Shown: positions 62,101 to 64,000 of the stretch, piece after piece | Layout of the letters: each line of letters starts with the position of its first letter | Numbering within the stretch: the stretch's first letter is position 1 | From: Magallana gigas | Taxonomy: Eukaryota | Direction: 5' to 3' | Length of the DNA stretch: 64,000 nucleotides | Assembly (NCBI RefSeq): GCF_963853765.1 | Contig: NC_088860.1 | Span: 27,032,001 to 27,096,000, forward strand | Translations under genes and position numbers: made by a program | The notes under the pieces: generated by a model | The model's database searches: none | What the model saw: the letters and a program-made list of their open reading frames with translations, nothing else | What the model was told of the DNA's origin: nothing

Positions 62101-64000
62101 TTTATAAAATAAGTTCACAAGCAGGAGGCTTTTTTTCAAAATGCCATTCTCAAAGTCAGCCAATAATTGAATAAGAGAAATATTCAGAAACATGTGCTTC
62201 ACATGAATGTGATACACATACATGAAATTCATTATAAAATCTAACATTTAACATTAAATTCATGAGGTATAGTATCCACCTCTAACTCAATGTTTCCTAT
62301 GTATTATTAATATGTGTTCAGTTTATGGTTAATTATTATAACTTTATCATATGACTTGAGTCAACATAGAAATTTCTTGAATATTTCATATTGAATATTT
62401 CATGTGTGTGCTCTTTCTGCGAGAATTTCAAGATAGAAAATCCACACCAAATTCACATGAGGCACATTGCTTCTGAAAGTGTGGCCCAGTATGGCCATTC
62501 ATTAAAAAGCTGTTAGCGATTCAGATTTTTGCAATGAATTCCCAAAATGTAATGCAATCAAAACCAGAACTCTATAAAATGAAACAGAGCCTAACCAACA
62601 GACTGTCATAATAACCTCAAATATGGAATATGACAGAAATTCAAAAAGATATTTTATAAAGTTCAGTTTCTGTGGTTTCACTTTCATCATCACTTTTCAT
62701 TGAATATCAATAATATATGTGGATTTCACTGATTCTACCAACAAAATAAGATGTTCATTTAATGAGATAAGAATCATTACATTAAAGTGTATTGATAAAT
62801 CCTTTGTACAGAAATTCATATATATTATAAATTGAAATCCATGAACTTTGATGCTAATGTATATTAATGAAACCACAGTATATATACATATATGCTTATA
62901 GTGCCATAACATATACAAAAAACATGTAATGTAAAGTCTGTTCTTGTGTGATCAATAATTGATATTAACATAAAACATCATTATGGAGGAAAATCCAATG
63001 ATGATCAGAAACACCTAATTCCCTAACGCCCAATGAAGAGCCTAAATCAAAATTCTAATTTATTTAAACAAAAAATTAATTTGTCTAAATTAAATCATCT
63101 ACAAAAGAATTTGATGAAGCTATAAATACCTATTATACACCTAGTATAATAACTATTGAGAGTACATGATCTATATCTTTATCACAACTTGTACACAAGT
63201 TACCTACCCTTGATGTACAGAGAGATCGAATGCCTCGTACAGTAGGGGCCCCAGCTCCGGGGGAGGCATCTGGGGGGTGTTGGCATGGGTGTGAGTCACT
63301 TTGAACATGTTCATGAATTTCTGTCCAGGAGATAAAGAAACATCGTATTAACTTCTTACAAAGTAGTGATGCATGAAAAGTCACTCTTAGTAACCACAAA
63401 TGAGGACAGTAATCTGAGAACAGACTAAAGTCAAACATTTAACATCTGAAACAAAATATCAATTAAAGTATTATAAATACAACTAATTAATGCAATAGCT
63501 ATATAAATAACTACTTATTCTAAATTGCTAAAATTCATTTTAAAAGCTATATTGATTCAAAATGTTTCTAGGAGTTGAATTTTTTCTTATTGCCTGAAGA
63601 TGATGCTAATTATTAGAGAACTAAGTTTGATTCTTTTTAGTATAAAGGGCACATATATCTTTAACATTCTGAGTCAATTTGAAAATCACTTGAAAATTGA
63701 AAACAAAAATTTTGAAAAAAATAAAATGAGAGTTCATACCTCTAATCTCAAGTTGAAAATGTAGTTGAAAAACAGATTGAGTACTTCCAAGGCTCTGCAA
63801 GAAATTAGGACTTCAATATTTTCAGATTATGCACATTTTTTACCATTTCTTGTAATATCATGTCACACAGGAAATAGAAGGAGGAGTGTGTTGTGACACT
63901 TACTGACACTTGGCCCCGACTACTGCTGTGGTTTCCGTGCTCCTCTCAAACCTCTCCTTGGTCCGGAACACCCGCAGAATGTCATCAGCATCTTTCCCTG
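21913..64000 (-). CDS. Divergent inositol 1,4,5-trisphosphate receptor-like (IP3R/RyR superfamily) channel, 5'-partial, 42 core exons, ~1,700 aa in window
   Basis: Exons in transcript order, phase-consistent: >64000-63904, 63794-63740, 63320-63208, 59259-59172, 58992-58885, 58625-58489, 57842-57775, 57155-57100, 56696-56535, 56291-56053, 55687-55606, 54275-54088, 53876-53763, 50563-50485, 48862-48776, 48604-48500, 47373-47302, 47181-47052, 46839-46701, 46448-46290, 44921-44765, 44473-44376, 43621-43522, 42657-42586, 42318-42097, 41785-41642, 41507-41358, 40853-40752, 40019-39927, 36810-36742, 33315-33204, 31833-31715, 31321-31152, 30689-30582, 30291-30142, 25696-25591, 25418-25295, 25034-24856, 23350-23201, 22761-22684, 22515-22261, 22005-21913 (TGA). 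Family motifs: LRILGLMCDNQHHDIQNYLREQ (RIH-associated), SIEVIKDDVLQKIYY, SNKIRDF, RVIAAVTTNGKSL, GLNIIFGIIVDTFSQLR, CFIC...FEKHVRTEH..W.YL..F. Confidence 0.92.
23345..23427 (-). repeat. Duplicated acceptor of the S6 exon
   Basis: AAACGTCTGCTCAA..AATCAACAC occurs at 23345-23370 and again at ~23401-23427 (56-bp offset). Confidence 0.75.
23577..24624. mobile_element. Non-autonomous mariner-like element, 1,048 bp
   Basis: TA|CGAGGGTTGTTCGGAAATTATTGAGAC...GTCTCAATAATTTCCGAACAACCCTCG|TA, a perfect 27-bp TIR with mariner-type TACGAGG ends. No transposase ORF. Confidence 0.9.
27058..28911 (-). mobile_element. Complete non-autonomous Helentron/HINE (DINE-1-like) element
   Basis: 5' palindromic subTIR/IR TAGGTCACCTGAGT-G-ACTCAGGTGACCTA (28883-28911); (GCACGAC)n microsatellite (~28832-28873); central 168-bp repeats; 3' subTIR GGTCACCTGAG (27080-27090) and hairpin AGGCCAATTGGCCT (27062-27075). 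Inserted in a T-run on its own strand. Confidence 0.88.
27250..28760 (-). repeat. Tandem array of ~168-bp units (Cg170-related variant), ~8-9 units
   Basis: GGACAT(C/T)AT register at 27757, 27925, 28093, 28261, 28429 and 28599. Shares TTGTGAAATTCATGACCCC and AAATCTTCTTCTC with the 1-1510 array on the opposite strand. Confidence 0.9.
28934..29076. repeat. Long palindrome: 65-bp arms with 4 mismatches, 13-nt loop TCCGCTTCGCGTC
   Basis: Arms 28934-28998 and 29012-29076 read directly. Confidence 0.92.
30646..31113 (-). repeat. Four tandem 64-66 bp copies spanning the acceptor of the S1 exon; the distal copy is split by a MITE
   Basis: TGATTAC(A/AC)AAACTCAGGAA(C/T)ACCACA...GGAT(C/T)CTGTCAAAAG starts at 30646, 30710, 30776 and 30840. 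Copy 4 resumes at 31094. Confidence 0.9.
30870..31091. mobile_element. TA-target MITE (family A; same family as 49070-50334 and 58081-58298)
   Basis: TA|CTG..TAGATTCCTAATT...CTCGCGTAAAATAAGGAATCTAAAG|TA. Confidence 0.75.
32331..33216 (-). repeat. Minisatellite of ~25 units of 34/38 bp derived from an exon-intron (5' splice site) junction
   Basis: The unit on the - strand is GTAAA(A/G)AGACTC(C/A/T)|GTAAGT(G/T)...TATTAGT. The terminal unit is the real donor GTAAAGAGACACC|GTAAGTGTG at 33204/33203. Units mix 38 and 34 bp, with a partial 38-34-34 higher-order pattern. Confidence 0.92.
33991..34242. mobile_element. TTAA-flanked non-autonomous element (Kolobok-like), 252 bp
   Basis: TTAA|GGTAGCTCGCAAGTT...AACCTGCAAGCTACC|TTAA; same termini family as 49102-50144. 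Confidence 0.75.
34596..35093. mobile_element. TA-target MITE, ~500 bp
   Basis: TA|CAGTAAAACTTG...CAAGTTTTACTG|TA, with internal repeated TTCGTTAT/TTATATCC motifs. Confidence 0.8.
36354..36397. repeat. (CT)n microsatellite
   Basis: Direct reading. Confidence 0.95.
36553..36695. repeat. Degenerate ~10/21-bp minisatellite (GTAAATACTGTAAAGACTGGT-like)
   Basis: Direct reading of recurring TGTAAA. Confidence 0.7.
38044..38140. repeat. (GA)n microsatellite
   Basis: Direct reading. Confidence 0.95.
41034..41235. mobile_element. Short MITE, ~200 bp
   Basis: TA|CTGTATACAGG...CCTCTGTATATAG, imperfect inverted termini. Confidence 0.5.
42766..43278. mobile_element. Non-autonomous hAT element, 513 bp
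   Basis: TIR TAGTGATG...CATCACTA with a perfect 8-bp TSD GTAAATAA (42758-42765, 43279-43286); subterminal ATCGAT/ATAATCG motifs. Confidence 0.88.
46836..46991 (-). repeat. Three tandem ~50-bp copies (plus a remnant) spanning the acceptor of exon 46839-46701
   Basis: TAGTCTA..AGT(C/T)AAATAT..GACAAGTTATACACAAGTT starts at 46836, 46886 and 46936, with a remnant at ~46985. Confidence 0.88.
49070..50334. mobile_element. Family-A TA MITE interrupted by a Kolobok-like element
   Basis: TA|CTGGAAATTCCTAATTAAACGCGAGGAA[TTAA insertion]TATCCGCGTAAAATCGCGAG...AAGGAATCTACAG|TA. The uninterrupted copy at 58081-58298 shows the empty site. Confidence 0.85.
49102..50144. mobile_element. TTAA-flanked non-autonomous element (Kolobok-like), 1,043 bp
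   Basis: TTAA|GGTAGCTCGCGGGTTT...AAACCCGCGAGCTACG|TTAA (TSD 49098-49101, 50145-50148). Confidence 0.85.
58081..58298. mobile_element. Family-A TA MITE, intact, 218 bp
   Basis: TA|CTGTAAATTCCTCATTAAACGCGAG...CTCGCGTAATATAAGGAATTTTACAG|TA. Confidence 0.85.

Noticed and set aside
21913-64000. Naming the channel ITPR1/Itp-r83A
   Set aside because: It is too divergent (filter, TM layout) and the ligand-binding region is not in the window; orthology needs a phylogeny.

Overview
AT-rich, intron-rich animal genomic DNA, very probably oyster (Crassostrea/Magallana), judged from two Cg170-like 166-168 bp arrays inside Helentron-type elements. I assembled three spliced genes by hand with phase-consistent junctions. 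(1) The 3' 16 exons of a + strand VWDE-like type-I membrane protein (2561-11768; 5' end outside the window). (2) A complete + strand ASCC1 (15600-19165, 357 aa, KH plus 2H-phosphoesterase domains, one GC-AG intron). (3) The 3' 42 exons (~1,700 aa) of a - strand, strongly divergent IP3-receptor/RyR-superfamily channel (64000 to 21913; the IP3-binding N-terminus is outside the window). Introns carry many non-autonomous DNA transposons, several nested, plus a probable solo LTR. The most interesting observations are: the channel has lost the GGGVGD selectivity filter while keeping the rest of the pore module; five separate tandem duplications are seeded exactly on splice junctions, including a ~25-copy minisatellite built from a 5' splice site, and their extra sites lead to premature stops wherever I translated them; and there are several candidate frame-preserving micro-exons in the long channel introns. 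No prokaryotic features, CRISPR arrays, rRNA or tRNA were recognised. All gene models are manual and lack transcript support.
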